A stretch of DNA of 64,000 bases. Origin: an uncultured Gemmatimonadales bacterium. GTDB lineage: Bacteria > Gemmatimonadota > Gemmatimonadetes > Gemmatimonadales > GWC2-71-9. Under the pieces are notes generated by a model, which ran no database searches, had not been told where the DNA came from, and was given only the letters and a program-made list of their open reading frames with translations. Shown here one piece after another: positions 28,281 to 38,521 of this stretch. Every line of letters starts with the position of its first letter. Position 1 is the stretch's first letter. The stretch covers positions 64,001-128,000 of the forward strand of contig CAWCVB010000002.1 of the NCBI GenBank assembly GCA_963798915.1. Reading direction: 5' to 3'. The position numbers were made by a program, and so were the translations under genes.

Positions 28281-29516
28281 CTACTCGTGCCGTATCGCAT
28301 CAATCGGCGAGAGCCGTGCCGCGCGCAGCGCCGGATATGATCCGAACACCAGCCCGGTCACCACCGATACCAGCGCTGCAATCAGCAGCGTGCTGACACT
28401 CACGCCGGCGTAGATCACCGCGTCGGCGTACTCGCGCATCAGCGCCGCGACGAGAAACGCGCCGCTCAGGCCCAGCGCGGCGCCGAGGGCACTGCCTACC
28501 GCTGAGATGGCGACGGACTCCGAGAGAAACTGGGAGAGCACATCACGGTTGCGCGCGCCGGCGGCCTTCCGGATGCCGATCTCCCGGGTGCGCTCGGTGA
28601 CCGAGGCCAGCAGCACGTTCATGATGCCGATCCCGCCCACCAGCAACGCAATGCCCGCGAATGCGCCCATCGCTACCTTGAAGATGACGATCCCCTGCTG
28701 CACCTGCTTGAGCCGTCCTCCCTGATACGCCCGCACCTGGGCGCCGCCACCTCGGACTGCGACCCAGCGCCGGGTCGCCTCGCGCACTGAATCCACCACC
28801 TCGACGCTCCGCGTCCGGACCACCAGGCGCGGTGCCCTGACCTCGGTGGTCCGGGCCAGCGCGACAGCCCGCGCCGTAAACGGCACCGCAGCGCCCAGCA
28901 GCCGGGCGGCGGGGCCCTCTACCGGGGCCATCACTCCGATCACCGTGAAAGGCGTGCCCTCCAGCGTGATTGCCTTTCCCAGCGCAGTGGTTGCCGAATC
29001 CGGTGCAACCAGCGAGGCAAGCCTGGCTGAGATCATCGCGACACGCGCCGAGTCGGCCAGATCGGCGTCCGTAATGACGCGGCCGACCTGGAGCGGCGGT
29101 CCACCCGGGAGCTCAGCGCCCGATGAAGCAGCGATGACCATGGCGGCGCGCGCCGAGTCGGATCCCGGAATGCCCAACCGGCTGGCACCGCTCACGCTGA
29201 TGCTGACCTTGGCGTCGGCGCCCAGCTGCTGCTGCAGGGACAGCAGGTCTCCCATGTCGTACCGGGCAAAATCGGTCCTCGGCACTGTGATGCCGTCCAC
29301 TCGTTCATCCATTGTCGGCTGGACCAGGATGGTCTGCAGGTCGGTCGTCCGGTCGATCTGGCTCCGTGCAAACCGCTCCAGGCCGTCACCAATCGACAGC
29401 ACGGCGACAAGTGACGCCATCCCCATGATGATGCCGAGGGTGGAGAGCAAAGTCCGAAGCGGACTATCCCGCAGGCTGTCGAGTGCGACCGTGAGGGAGG
29501 AACGGATGGCGGTCAT
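28281..29516 (-). CDS. MacB/FtsX-type ABC transporter permease
   Basis: LRTLLSTLGIIMG, GGIGIMNVLLASVTERTREIGIRKA, PIDAIRHE. Confidence 0.92.
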   Translation of the reverse strand: MTAIRSSLTVALDSLRDSPLRTLLSTLGIIMGMASLVAVLSIGDGLERFARSQIDRTTDLQTILVQPTMDERVDGITVPRTDFARYDMGDLLSLQQQLGADAKVSISVSGASRLGIPGSDSARAAMVIAASSGAELPGGPPLQVGRVITDADLADSARVAMISARLASLVAPDSATTALGKAITLEGTPFTVIGVMAPVEGPAARLLGAAVPFTARAVALARTTEVRAPRLVVRTRSVEVVDSVREATRRWVAVRGGGAQVRAYQGGRLKQVQQGIVIFKVAMGAFAGIALLVGGIGIMNVLLASVTERTREIGIRKAAGARNRDVLSQFLSESVAISAVGSALGAALGLSGAFLVAALMREYADAVIYAGVSVSTLLIAALVSVVTGLVFGSYPALRAARLSPIDAIRHE

Positions 29517-29522
29517 GAGGTA

Positions 29523-29735
29523 GACGGTTAGACGGTTAGACGGCTGGAGGCTGGACGGCTGGACGGCTGGACGGCTGGACGCGAAGAAGCTAACCCATTC
29601 GTCACCCCCGCGAAGGCGGGGGTCCATGAGGGACTCGGGAATGGCGACCCACCCGGATGAGCCCTTATGGATTCTCGCTTTCGCGAGAATGACGAGAGCC
29701 GGCGTTCTCTCCAGCCGTCCAGCCGTCCAGCCGTC
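29523..29735. repeat. octamer STR - family A element - complementary octamer STR
   Basis: GACGG(T/C)T(A/G) units, core 29599-29695, then CCAGCCGT x3. Confidence 0.9.
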
Positions 29736-29747
29736 TATCTTTCCTCC

Positions 29748-30659
29748 ATGACCGCGCCATCCCCCACCCTCCGCGCCCTCCTCACGGGCCTGATTGACTA
29801 TGCGGGGCTGTTTCCCCCGGCCCAGCTCGCCATGGTGCCGGCGGTGCGCAACTATGCCGGCTACCGCGAGGATGAAAACGCCTGGGCGCTGGGCCGGTTC
29901 ATCGTGCCGTCGGCACGGCTGGATGAATTCGATGGTGCCGCGGCCGCGCATCTGCCCAACGATGGAGAGCGGGATCCCTGGCTCATCAGCATGCTGGGCG
30001 GGCCCGATGCAGGACACGACGCCGAGCTGATCTTTGCCTTCAACGAGCGCCATGCCGCCGCCGGCGGCGGCATGGGCGCCATCGACACGATCGAGGTGAA
30101 GGCAACCAACGTCGATTCGGTGCGCCGCCTGGCCCGCTCGGCGCCCGATCAGGTGCGCGTGTTCGTCGAGATGCCGGTGGCGGACGACCCGGAGCCGCTG
30201 CTCTCCGCCATCCACGATGCCGGCGCGAGCGCCAAGATCCGCACCGGCGGCGTCACCGAAGATGTCATTCCCTCGGCCGATGAGGTCGCCCGGTTCATCA
30301 GCACGGCCGCCCGGTGCAATGTGCCGTTCAAGGCCACCGCCGGCCTGCACCATCCGCTGCATGGCGAGTACCGCCTCACTTACGAGCCGGGCAGCCGCAT
30401 CGCACCAATGTACGGCTTTCTCAACATCTTCATGGCGGCGACCGCTGCGCGACAGGGCGCCGACCACCGCACACTCTGCCGCATGCTCGAGGACGGTGGT
30501 ACCACCGCCTTCCAGTTTGGCCGCACCGGCGTCACCTGGAGCCATGGGCGCGTCGAACTGGAAGATATCGTCGCCATGCGCTCCGACTTTGGTATCTCCT
30601 TCGGATCCTGTTCCTTCACCGAGCCGATGGACGATCTCCATTCCATGGAACTCCTCTGA
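29748..30659 (+). CDS. conserved hypothetical protein upstream of fahA
   Basis: LIDYAGLFPPA, KIRTGG, FKATAGLHHP, FGSCSF.EP. Confidence 0.85.
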   Translation: MTAPSPTLRALLTGLIDYAGLFPPAQLAMVPAVRNYAGYREDENAWALGRFIVPSARLDEFDGAAAAHLPNDGERDPWLISMLGGPDAGHDAELIFAFNERHAAAGGGMGAIDTIEVKATNVDSVRRLARSAPDQVRVFVEMPVADDPEPLLSAIHDAGASAKIRTGGVTEDVIPSADEVARFISTAARCNVPFKATAGLHHPLHGEYRLTYEPGSRIAPMYGFLNIFMAATAARQGADHRTLCRMLEDGGTTAFQFGRTGVTWSHGRVELEDIVAMRSDFGISFGSCSFTEPMDDLHSMELL

Positions 30660-30677
30660 ACGCCATGATGCGAACAG

Positions 30678-32003
30678 ATGACTGACATCAACGCGACGCA
30701 CGACCCTGAGCTGACCAGCTGGGTGGAGAGCGCCAACCACCCCGCCTCCGATTTTCCCATCCAGAATCTGCCCCTCGGCGTCTTCCGCCGCCGCGGCAGC
30801 GGCGAGCGCCCGCGTGTCGGGGCAGCCATTGGCGACCAGATTCTGGACATCACGGCGGCGCGCAGCCACTGGAACCTGGGCTCCGCTGCTGATGCCTGTG
30901 ACAATCCCTCCCTCAACAACCTGATGGGAATGGGCGAAGCTGCGTGGAGTGCGTTGCGGCGTGCTCTGCAGTCGGTGCTGGCCCGCGGCGGCCGCTTTGC
31001 GGAGCATGCCCGGAAGCAGCAGGGCGATCTGCTCGTCCCCATGAATGAAGCGGAGCTGATGCTGCCGGCGGAGGTGGGGGACTACAGCGACTTCTACGCC
31101 TCGGTGCATCATGCCACCAATGTCGGGAGCATGTTCCGACCCGACAATCCGCTCATGCCCAACTACAAGTGGCTGCCGGTGGGCTACCACGGACGGGCAT
31201 CCTCGCTGGTGCCTTCGGGTACCAGCGTGGCGCGGCCGAGCGGCCAGCGAAAGAAGCCGGATGAGGTGGCGCCATCGTTCGGGCCCTGCCGGCAACTGGA
31301 TTATGAACTCGAGGTGGGTGCGTTCATCGGGCCGGGAAACCGGCTGGGTTCGCCGGTACCGATGAACCAGGCTGCCCAGCAGCTCTTCGGCCTCTGCCTG
31401 GTGAACGACTGGTCGGCACGCGACATCCAGGCCTGGGAATATCAGCCGCTGGGCCCGTTCCTCGCCAAGAATTTTGCGACCACCGTCTCGCCCTGGGTGG
31501 TGACCATGCAGGCGCTGGCGCCCTTCCGCGTGCCGGCCTATCGCCGGCCCGAGGGTGATCCGGCGCCGCTGCCGCATCTCTTCGATCCGGATGATCAGGA
31601 ACGAGGAGGAGTGGACATCAAGCTGGAAGTCCTTCTCCGCACCAGCCGGATGCGGCAGGCCAACCTGGAACCGTACCGGTTGTCGCTGGGTGACTTCACG
31701 CAGATGTACTGGACCATGGCGCAGATGGTGGCGCATCACGCCAGCAACGGCTGCAATCTCCAGCCTGGAGATCTGATTGCGAGCGGAACCGTGAGCGGGC
31801 CGGAGCCCGGCTCGCGCGGCTGCCTGCTGGAACTCACGTGGCGAGGGCGCGACCCGATTGCGCTGCCCAACGGCGAGCAGCGCACTTTCCTGGAGGACGG
31901 CGACGAGGTCACGATGCGCGGCTGGTGCGAACGCGAAGGGGCTCGGCGGGTGGGGTTTGGAGTGTGTGTGGGTATGCGTAGGAGGGGTAGGCAGGTCGCA
32001 TAG
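30678..32003 (+). CDS. fahA: fumarylacetoacetase
   Basis: DFPIQNLP, DYSDFYAS, LDYELE, NDWSARDIQAWEY.PLGPF, SGTVSG. Confidence 0.95.
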   Translation: MTDINATHDPELTSWVESANHPASDFPIQNLPLGVFRRRGSGERPRVGAAIGDQILDITAARSHWNLGSAADACDNPSLNNLMGMGEAAWSALRRALQSVLARGGRFAEHARKQQGDLLVPMNEAELMLPAEVGDYSDFYASVHHATNVGSMFRPDNPLMPNYKWLPVGYHGRASSLVPSGTSVARPSGQRKKPDEVAPSFGPCRQLDYELEVGAFIGPGNRLGSPVPMNQAAQQLFGLCLVNDWSARDIQAWEYQPLGPFLAKNFATTVSPWVVTMQALAPFRVPAYRRPEGDPAPLPHLFDPDDQERGGVDIKLEVLLRTSRMRQANLEPYRLSLGDFTQMYWTMAQMVAHHASNGCNLQPGDLIASGTVSGPEPGSRGCLLELTWRGRDPIALPNGEQRTFLEDGDEVTMRGWCEREGARRVGFGVCVGMRRRGRQVA

Positions 32004-32047
32004 GGGATGCATCTCGCCCATCCTGCCCATCTCGCCTCATCCTGTCG

Positions 32048-32890
32048 TCACCCCCTCCGCCCTTCCAGCGGATGGAACTCGTTCCACCGGGTGATGTACG
32101 GCCGGATCATGAGATCAAGGAATCGCTCCGTGGCAACCGGAAAGGGAAACCGGCTGCGAAATTCGGACGAGGTCAGGCCCAGCATGGTGCGCAGGTGCCG
32201 GCCGAAACTCTGCGGTGAGGAATATTCCAGCCGATAGGAGACGTCGGCCACCGAGTACCCCTGGGTGCCGAACAGCCACGCAGCATGGAGCAGCCGGACA
32301 GCGGCGAGGTAATTCTTGGGGCTGGGCAGCCGGGCCCGCTGGAAGCGCGACATGAGGGTACTGGGGCAGACCCGGAGTTCGGAGGCCAGGCGGCGAACCG
32401 TCACCGTGTTGGGCGCCAGCCGAATGGTGGTTTCCAGGAAGAGCCGGGCATCGGGTGGTGCGTCCGGCAGGGCGCCCAGCACCGCACCCTGGATGCGGGC
32501 AGCAGCACGGGAGGCGGGGCGGGCCACCGCCTGCCTGAGTTGCGACCAGCCCGAGGGCGACGACACGTCCACGACTTCGCGTACCCCCGAGGCGCCCAGG
32601 CGCAGGAGCGCTTCCGACGACGCAGGATCGGGACGGGAGACCAGCGCCACGGTGGGCACGCCGGGAAAGTGCCGCACCAGTTGGCGCAGCGCGTCGGCAT
32701 GATCGGGGGTGCAGCGGTGGACCGAGACCAGCACGGCGTCAACCGCGCGCTCGCGCACGACGCGCATGGCGTCGCGAACAGAATCCCGGTGCACCACGGA
32801 AAAGAGCCCATTGCCCGCGGCATCCACGCGCTGGCGCTCACTCTGAGTGAGCACCGCGGCGACGGTGAGCGGGTCGGTGTCTACGGACAT
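32048..32890 (-). CDS. AraC-family transcriptional regulator
   Basis: C-terminal HTH SVADVSYRLEYSSPQSFGRH; receiver-like N-terminus. Confidence 0.85.
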   Translation of the reverse strand: MSVDTDPLTVAAVLTQSERQRVDAAGNGLFSVVHRDSVRDAMRVVRERAVDAVLVSVHRCTPDHADALRQLVRHFPGVPTVALVSRPDPASSEALLRLGASGVREVVDVSSPSGWSQLRQAVARPASRAAARIQGAVLGALPDAPPDARLFLETTIRLAPNTVTVRRLASELRVCPSTLMSRFQRARLPSPKNYLAAVRLLHAAWLFGTQGYSVADVSYRLEYSSPQSFGRHLRTMLGLTSSEFRSRFPFPVATERFLDLMIRPYITRWNEFHPLEGRRG

Positions 32891-33072
32891 GCAGGCCACG
32901 ACCTGTTGGATTGTCGGCAATGAGCGTAACGTCGTGAGGTCAATGCCCGCGCAACCCTGGCTCCAACCCTGCCGCCGCGCCGGTGCGCTCAATGCGCAAC
33001 CTTCCGGCGGCAGGGCGCATCTGAAACGCAAACCGCTCGTCCGCGCATCCTCCGCCGGGAACGGAGAATTTC

Positions 33073-36000
33073 GTGACTGACAACCCCGCTGATCTGGCCC
33101 GGCGCGTCTCGGACGCCCTGGGGCCGCAGTACCGGCTCGAAGGCGAGCTGGGCCGCGGCGGCATGGGCGTTGTCTTCCTCGCCCGCGACATCGCTCTGGA
33201 TCGTCCGGTCGCAGTCAAGGTCATCCATCCCGAGCTCGCCGGGCATGAAAGCATCACCCGGCGTTTTCTTGACGAAGCCCGCACCATCGCCCGGCTGCGC
33301 CACCCCAACATCGTCGCCATCCACTCGTCCGGCACTAATGGTGACCTGCTCTGGTACGTCATGGACAGGGTGCCGGGTGAGACGCTGCGCGCCCGCCTGG
33401 ACCGCGAGGGGCGACTGCCACCGGACGAGGCCGCCCGCATCACCGCCGACCTGGCCGGCGCACTGGATGCCGCCGGCGCCGCCGGCGTGGTCCACCGGGA
33501 CATCAAGCCGGAAAACGTGCTGCTGGAAGCCGGCAGCGGACGGCCGCTCCTGGCCGACTTCGGCATTGCGCGCGCCATGGAGGTCGATAACACCGATCCG
33601 CGCACCGCCCTGGGGGTGGCCGTGGGCACGCCCACCTACATGAGCCCGGAGCAGGCCGCCGGCGATCAGGTGGACAGCCGCAGCGATCTCTATTCGCTGG
33701 GCGTGGTCGCCTACGAAATGCTGAGCGGCAAGCCGCCATTCCAGGGGCCGCACCGGCTGGTGGTGTCGCAGCACCTGTCCCAGCGGCCGGCCTCGCTGAA
33801 AAAGATCCGGCCCGAACTTTCCCCAGTGCTGGCTGATGTCGTCATGCGAGCGCTGGAAAAGAATCCCGCGGAGCGGTGGCAGAGCGGGGCCGAGTTCCGG
33901 CAGGCGCTCCTGGGGCAGGGGACTGGGAGAGGGGCGGCCGCAGGCCGCCCCCAGACGACGGCTCGGCGCCGCGCGCGGCTCGCGGCCATATTCGGGACGG
34001 CCGTGCTCCTGGTCGGCTTGGGCGCCGTGGCGCTCTTCGGCCGCAGAAATGGCCCGCCGGCGGGAGTCAACCCGCGCCTCTCGCTGCTGGTGCTGCCGTT
34101 CAGCAATCTTCGCCACAACCGCGCCCTCAACTGGCTCAGCGAAGGCAGTGTCAGCATGCTGGCCCTCAACCTGTCCCAATGGAACGACCTCAAGGTCGTG
34201 GACAACGAACGGCTGCATGACATTCTCGACCAGCACGACATCCGGAACGGCGCCGACGTCGGCCTCGACATGGCGCGGCGTCTGGCCCGGGAAGCAGGGG
34301 TGTGGACCGTCGTGATGGGCGAGTACGAGCAGGTGGGCGACTCCCTGCACCTGACCGCGCGGGTCTATGATGTCGCCTCCGGACAGAGGGTGGAGACCGC
34401 CGAGGTCTCGGCGGCGCCGGGCGATGATGTGCGGCCGGTGTTCGACGACCTCGCCGCCCGGCTGCTGGACCTGTCCGGCGCGCCGTCGGAAACCCGCACC
34501 GTCCTGGCCGAGGCAACCACCTCGTCGCTCGAGGCCTTCCGGGCCTACCTGCAGGGTTCGGAATCGCTGAACAACTGGGACCTGGCGGCGGCGGAGCGCT
34601 CGCTCAAGCGCGCTACCGACATGGATTCGACCTTCGGGCTGGCCTATTACAAGTACGCGCTGACCCGCGGCTGGCTGGTCGGGGCGGACGACTCCCTGAG
34701 TTCGGTTGCCATGGCGCGCGCCACCGCGCATTCCACCAGCCTGCCACAGCGGCAGCGGACCATCATCAACGCCTATCGCGCCTTTATCGGCGGCAGCTTC
34801 CGCGAGGCGCGCGGGCTCTACAGCCAGCTCATTGCCCGCGACACGACTGACGCTGACGCCTGGTATGGGCTTGGTGAAGCGTGGTTTCACGACGAGCGCG
34901 CGCCTGAGGGCCATGCCACGGCCATGACCGAGTCGCTTCGGGCCTTTGACCGGACGCTGGCGCTGGACCCCGACTACGCGCTTGCCTATGAGCACATCGA
35001 ACAGATGCTGACCGGCGCCAGCCGGGACGGTGCCGGCATTGCCCTGATGCCCGGCGATTCCTTCGTGCCGGCGATGGGACGGAACGGGCGCAGCACACTC
35101 GACAGCGCCGCCCGCGCCGCGGCAGCACAGCGCGCCCGCAGTGCCGTCGTGACGCTGGCCCGGAACTGGGTCGCCACCCAGCCCACCACCTACCGGGCCC
35201 ACAGCGCCCTGGTGGACGCCTACATCGCTTCCAAGGACTACCCTGCGGCGCTCGCCGAGCTGGCGCGCTACGACGCCGTCGCGGCCAACCATCCGGAAGT
35301 CCGCTTCGTCGAGGCGAGGATCCGCTTTGCCTCGGGTGACGTGGATCGTGCCGCGCAGCTTCTGACCCAGGCACTGGACTCGGTCACGCCAGACGATTTC
35401 CGGAGCTTCGAGAGCACCCCGAATGTGCTGGGGGATGTTGCTGCCGCCGCCAACGTCTTTGCCATGCGGGGCGACGTGGCCAACGCCACCCGCGCCATCG
35501 AGTTCACCGATCGCGTCCGCCAGGAGGTGTTTCCGGGCCTCGTGGCCAGCGCGGGGGGAGGAGATCAGTGGCGCCGTTCCGCGCTGGCGCAGCTCTATGG
35601 CAACCTGGGCACGCCGGACGCGGCGCTGCGGCGCGTGTGGCATGCGACGGCCGAGGACTCGCGCCTGGCCCCACCAGAGCGGCGGAAGGCCATCCTGCGT
35701 GCCGGCGCCCCCGCGGCGGTGGGACTCTTCACCGGGCTCGTAATCGACACGTCGGCCCTGGCGGAACTCACTGCGCTGACCGGCGAGCCGCCCGCGCCCG
35801 AACTGCAGGCCTGGATGGCGCTTGCCCGGCATGACACGGCCGAGGCCCGGCAACTGATCTCGCAGCAGGACACCACCCGGCGGGAGAACGACCCGCGACC
35901 CCTCGCGGCGGCCGTCTATGCCGAGCTGGGCGAGTACCAGACGGCGCTGAAACTGCTCGAGTCATTCTCGCCGGCGGAATTTTCCACCCGCGGGTTCGAT

Positions 36001-36186
36001 CCGCGCTGGGGCCTGCTCGGCCGGGTGCGCCTGCTGCGCGCCTCGATCGAGGCTCGACTGGGGCATGCGGATGCCGCCCGGCAGGAATACCAGCTCGTGC
36101 TCGCGCAGTGGAAGGATGCCGATCCGAGCATGCAGGAATACGTCCGCATGGCCCGGGTCGGGCTGGCGGCATTGGAAGAAGGTTAG
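33073..36186 (+). CDS. membrane Hanks-type Ser/Thr protein kinase with TolB-N-like and TPR regions
   Basis: GRGGMG, AVK, HRDIKPEN, DFG, TPTYMSPE; TM helix; VLPFSNL; TPR-like repeats. Confidence 0.92.
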   Translation: MTDNPADLARRVSDALGPQYRLEGELGRGGMGVVFLARDIALDRPVAVKVIHPELAGHESITRRFLDEARTIARLRHPNIVAIHSSGTNGDLLWYVMDRVPGETLRARLDREGRLPPDEAARITADLAGALDAAGAAGVVHRDIKPENVLLEAGSGRPLLADFGIARAMEVDNTDPRTALGVAVGTPTYMSPEQAAGDQVDSRSDLYSLGVVAYEMLSGKPPFQGPHRLVVSQHLSQRPASLKKIRPELSPVLADVVMRALEKNPAERWQSGAEFRQALLGQGTGRGAAAGRPQTTARRRARLAAIFGTAVLLVGLGAVALFGRRNGPPAGVNPRLSLLVLPFSNLRHNRALNWLSEGSVSMLALNLSQWNDLKVVDNERLHDILDQHDIRNGADVGLDMARRLAREAGVWTVVMGEYEQVGDSLHLTARVYDVASGQRVETAEVSAAPGDDVRPVFDDLAARLLDLSGAPSETRTVLAEATTSSLEAFRAYLQGSESLNNWDLAAAERSLKRATDMDSTFGLAYYKYALTRGWLVGADDSLSSVAMARATAHSTSLPQRQRTIINAYRAFIGGSFREARGLYSQLIARDTTDADAWYGLGEAWFHDERAPEGHATAMTESLRAFDRTLALDPDYALAYEHIEQMLTGASRDGAGIALMPGDSFVPAMGRNGRSTLDSAARAAAAQRARSAVVTLARNWVATQPTTYRAHSALVDAYIASKDYPAALAELARYDAVAANHPEVRFVEARIRFASGDVDRAAQLLTQALDSVTPDDFRSFESTPNVLGDVAAAANVFAMRGDVANATRAIEFTDRVRQEVFPGLVASAGGGDQWRRSALAQLYGNLGTPDAALRRVWHATAEDSRLAPPERRKAILRAGAPAAVGLFTGLVIDTSALAELTALTGEPPAPELQAWMALARHDTAEARQLISQQDTTRRENDPRPLAAAVYAELGEYQTALKLLESFSPAEFSTRGFDPRWGLLGRVRLLRASIEARLGHADAARQEYQLVLAQWKDADPSMQEYVRMARVGLAALEEG

Positions 36187-36310
36187 ACGGCGAGACGGCG
36201 AGACGGCGAGAGCGGCGAGCGGCGAGACGGCGAGACGGCGAGACGGCGAGTATGTGCTGGTGAGAACCAATCGTCCAGCCGCCTAGCCGTTGAGCCATCC
36301 AGTCGCCTAT
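36186..36310. repeat. GACGGCGA octamer array and degenerate C-rich partner
   Basis: About 7 GACGGCGA-like units beginning at the kinase stop; CCAGCCGC/CTAGCCGT units at about 36270-36310. Confidence 0.85.
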
Positions 36311-36319
36311 CTTTCCCCC

Positions 36320-36694
36320 GGGCCGGGCGTGATGGTCGCGGGCGCGGAGACGCGTTCGAGGAAAGTCCGAGCTCCAGAGGGCAGACTGCCAGGTAACGCC
36401 TGGGCACCGCAAGGCGACGGACAGGGCCACAGAAAACAGACCGCCACGTGCGCAAGCACGCGGTAAGGGTGAAACGGTGGGGTAAGAGCCCACCGCCCCG
36501 AGCGTAAGCAAGGGGGCACGGTAACCCCCAGTCGGAGCAAGACCAAATAAGCGGCGAGGTGCGGCCCGCACCGACCATCCTGAGCGCAAGCGAAGGAAGC
36601 CGCGGGTAGGTTGCTTGAGGCGGCCGGCGACGGCCGTCCCAGAGAGATGACCATCTCCTGCAAGGGAAACAGAACTCGGCTTACTGCCTGGCCC
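36320..36694 (+). ncRNA. rnpB: RNase P RNA, bacterial class A
   Basis: GAGGAAAGTCCG, GGTGAAACG, GAGCAAG, ACAGAACTCGGCTTA conserved regions; P1 ends GGGCCGGGC/GCCTGGCCC. Confidence 0.97.
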
Positions 36695-36696
36695 AG

Positions 36697-36728
36697 GCGG
36701 CCCCCGAATCCGGTTCGGGGGCCGCTTT
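36697..36728 (+). terminator. intrinsic terminator after rnpB
   Basis: GCGGCCCCCGAA-tccgg-TTCGGGGGCCGC-TTT. Confidence 0.8.
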
Positions 36729-36840
36729 ACGTGCGCCCTAGCACAGTGCCGGACCGGTGGCCTACCTTATGCTGTCCCGTCCGGCTTCCGCCGGCGGGAC
36801 AGCCGGTTCACCGGCGGCCCGATCTCGCTTCGAGGAACCC

Positions 36841-37608
36841 ATGACTACGCGTTCGCTGTCGTTCGCCCTGCTGGCCACCACCCTGATGCTGCCGCTGTCG
36901 GGCAAGGCGCCCACCACGCTCAGGTACAAGGTTACCCAGCATTTTGCCCAGACCATCGACCTGTCGGCCATGGGCCAGGATGTCCAGTCCCAGCAGGCCA
37001 CCTTCGATGCCTATCTGACCGTGACGACCCAGGACAGCGCGGGCGGGCACGCCCTGAGCGTCAAGGTGGACTCGGTGATTCCCGCGGCCGACGCCGATCC
37101 AATGGTCGCGAATACGCTGATCGGCCAGTTGAAGGACGCCAACGGCAGCGGCTTCGTCGATGGCAGCGGCGAGGTGAGCGGGTTCGCGTCAGGGATGGGT
37201 GGAGCGGGACTCAAGGGGCTGGTTCAGGTGCTCTATCCCAAGGTCCGCAAGGGCGTGAAGCCCGGGGACAAGTGGACCGACACGAGCTCGGTGACCGACT
37301 CCGTGCCCGGCGGGGCCGTGACCCGGAATGTCATCACGAACTACACCGCCACGGCGGGCGACACGTGGAATGGGCAGGCCACCGTCAAGCTGGTGACGGC
37401 CAGCTCCTACACTATTGCCGGCGGGCAGAGTGGCATGAGCCTCGAGGGCAATGGCAGCAACAACGGCACTGTGACGCTGAGCAAGGCCGGCCACGCGGTC
37501 TCAGCCGAGAACTCGGGCCAGGTCAACATCACGGCGACCACGCCGCAGGCGCCCGCGCCACTGCCGATCGTCAACAAGACGGCTTCATCAGTAGTGCTGC
37601 TACCATAA
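36841..37608 (+). CDS. secreted beta-rich hypothetical protein
   Basis: GAGG RBS, signal peptide, YPKV..GVKPGDKWTDT. Confidence 0.75.
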   Translation: MTTRSLSFALLATTLMLPLSGKAPTTLRYKVTQHFAQTIDLSAMGQDVQSQQATFDAYLTVTTQDSAGGHALSVKVDSVIPAADADPMVANTLIGQLKDANGSGFVDGSGEVSGFASGMGGAGLKGLVQVLYPKVRKGVKPGDKWTDTSSVTDSVPGGAVTRNVITNYTATAGDTWNGQATVKLVTASSYTIAGGQSGMSLEGNGSNNGTVTLSKAGHAVSAENSGQVNITATTPQAPAPLPIVNKTASSVVLLP

Positions 37609-37615
37609 GCGGCGG

Positions 37616-38515
37616 ATGAAAGTCCTGATTCGGGCGGGCGCACTGCTGGGCCTCGCTGCCTGTGCGCCCGCGGCCTCGAGCGGGGCCGGAAACGGGGGCG
37701 GTGTCGTGCCGCCGCCGCCGGGCGCCGAAGCGCCTGCTGCGCCGGCGCCCAAGCCTGGCGGTAACGAGCACGGCAAGGCCGTGGTGCTCAAGCTTCCACC
37801 GTATGATCGCTATCTGGTCGAACGCGCGGACACGCTCACGCTCCAGCTGCCCGATGGCAGTACCCAGACGCAGGCCTATCGCTGGAGCGCCTGGATGGAC
37901 GCGCGCGCCTCGGTCGAGACCGGCGGATATCACCTGGTGCTGACGCTCGATTCGCTGGAGGTCGATGCGCCGGGCGGCATGCCGGGCCAGCCCGCGCTCG
38001 ACAGCGCCCGCGGCACCCGCTGGACCGCGCATCTGGATCCCGATGGCCGGCTCAGCAGCATGGAAACGGACCGGGAAAGCTCCATCGCCAGCCAGTTTGG
38101 TGCGATGCTGTACTACATCTACCCGCCGCTTCCCGGCAACGACGTGCGTTCAGGAGCCACCTGGACCGACTCCACCACCGCGCCGACGCGGGCGCAGAAC
38201 TTCGATGTCCAGGAGACGGCCCGCATGGATTACCTGGTGACCGGTCCGGCGGTCCACGGCGACCGGGCCGTTCTCATGATCAGCGGCCACGGTACTTTCA
38301 CCCGCACCGGTTCGGGCCTCCAGTACGATCAGCCCATGCAATATCAGGCCGACGGCCAGCGGCAGGTGAATTTCTACCTCAGTCCCGACGGGACGCCGGC
38401 CGGCATGGACGGATCGGAAGCAAGCAAGTTCGTCATCACCGTGCCGGCCGTGGGGCAATCGCTCAACGCGGACCAGCGCGGCTCCTTCCGAATCAGCCCA
38501 ACCGGCGAGAGCTGA
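37616..38515 (+). CDS. beta-rich hypothetical lipoprotein
   Basis: Lipobox LAAC; YPPLP..DVRSGATWTDS. Confidence 0.75.
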   Translation: MKVLIRAGALLGLAACAPAASSGAGNGGGVVPPPPGAEAPAAPAPKPGGNEHGKAVVLKLPPYDRYLVERADTLTLQLPDGSTQTQAYRWSAWMDARASVETGGYHLVLTLDSLEVDAPGGMPGQPALDSARGTRWTAHLDPDGRLSSMETDRESSIASQFGAMLYYIYPPLPGNDVRSGATWTDSTTAPTRAQNFDVQETARMDYLVTGPAVHGDRAVLMISGHGTFTRTGSGLQYDQPMQYQADGQRQVNFYLSPDGTPAGMDGSEASKFVITVPAVGQSLNADQRGSFRISPTGES

Positions 38516-38521
38516 TCCCGG

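Noticed and set aside
28281..32030. 1249-aa minus-strand ORF
   Set aside because: Only the last 411 aa (ABC permease) are real; the rest is the antisense shadow of fahA and its neighbour plus repeats.
32989..35853. 954-aa minus-strand ORF and similar long antisense ORFs (1771-3390, 24697-26376, 43760-45541, 62179-63954)
   Set aside because: They are antisense to well-supported genes, which is expected in high-GC DNA, and show no motifs.
35768..36844. ORFs overlapping 36320-36694
   Set aside because: The region is RNase P RNA; these ORFs are spurious.
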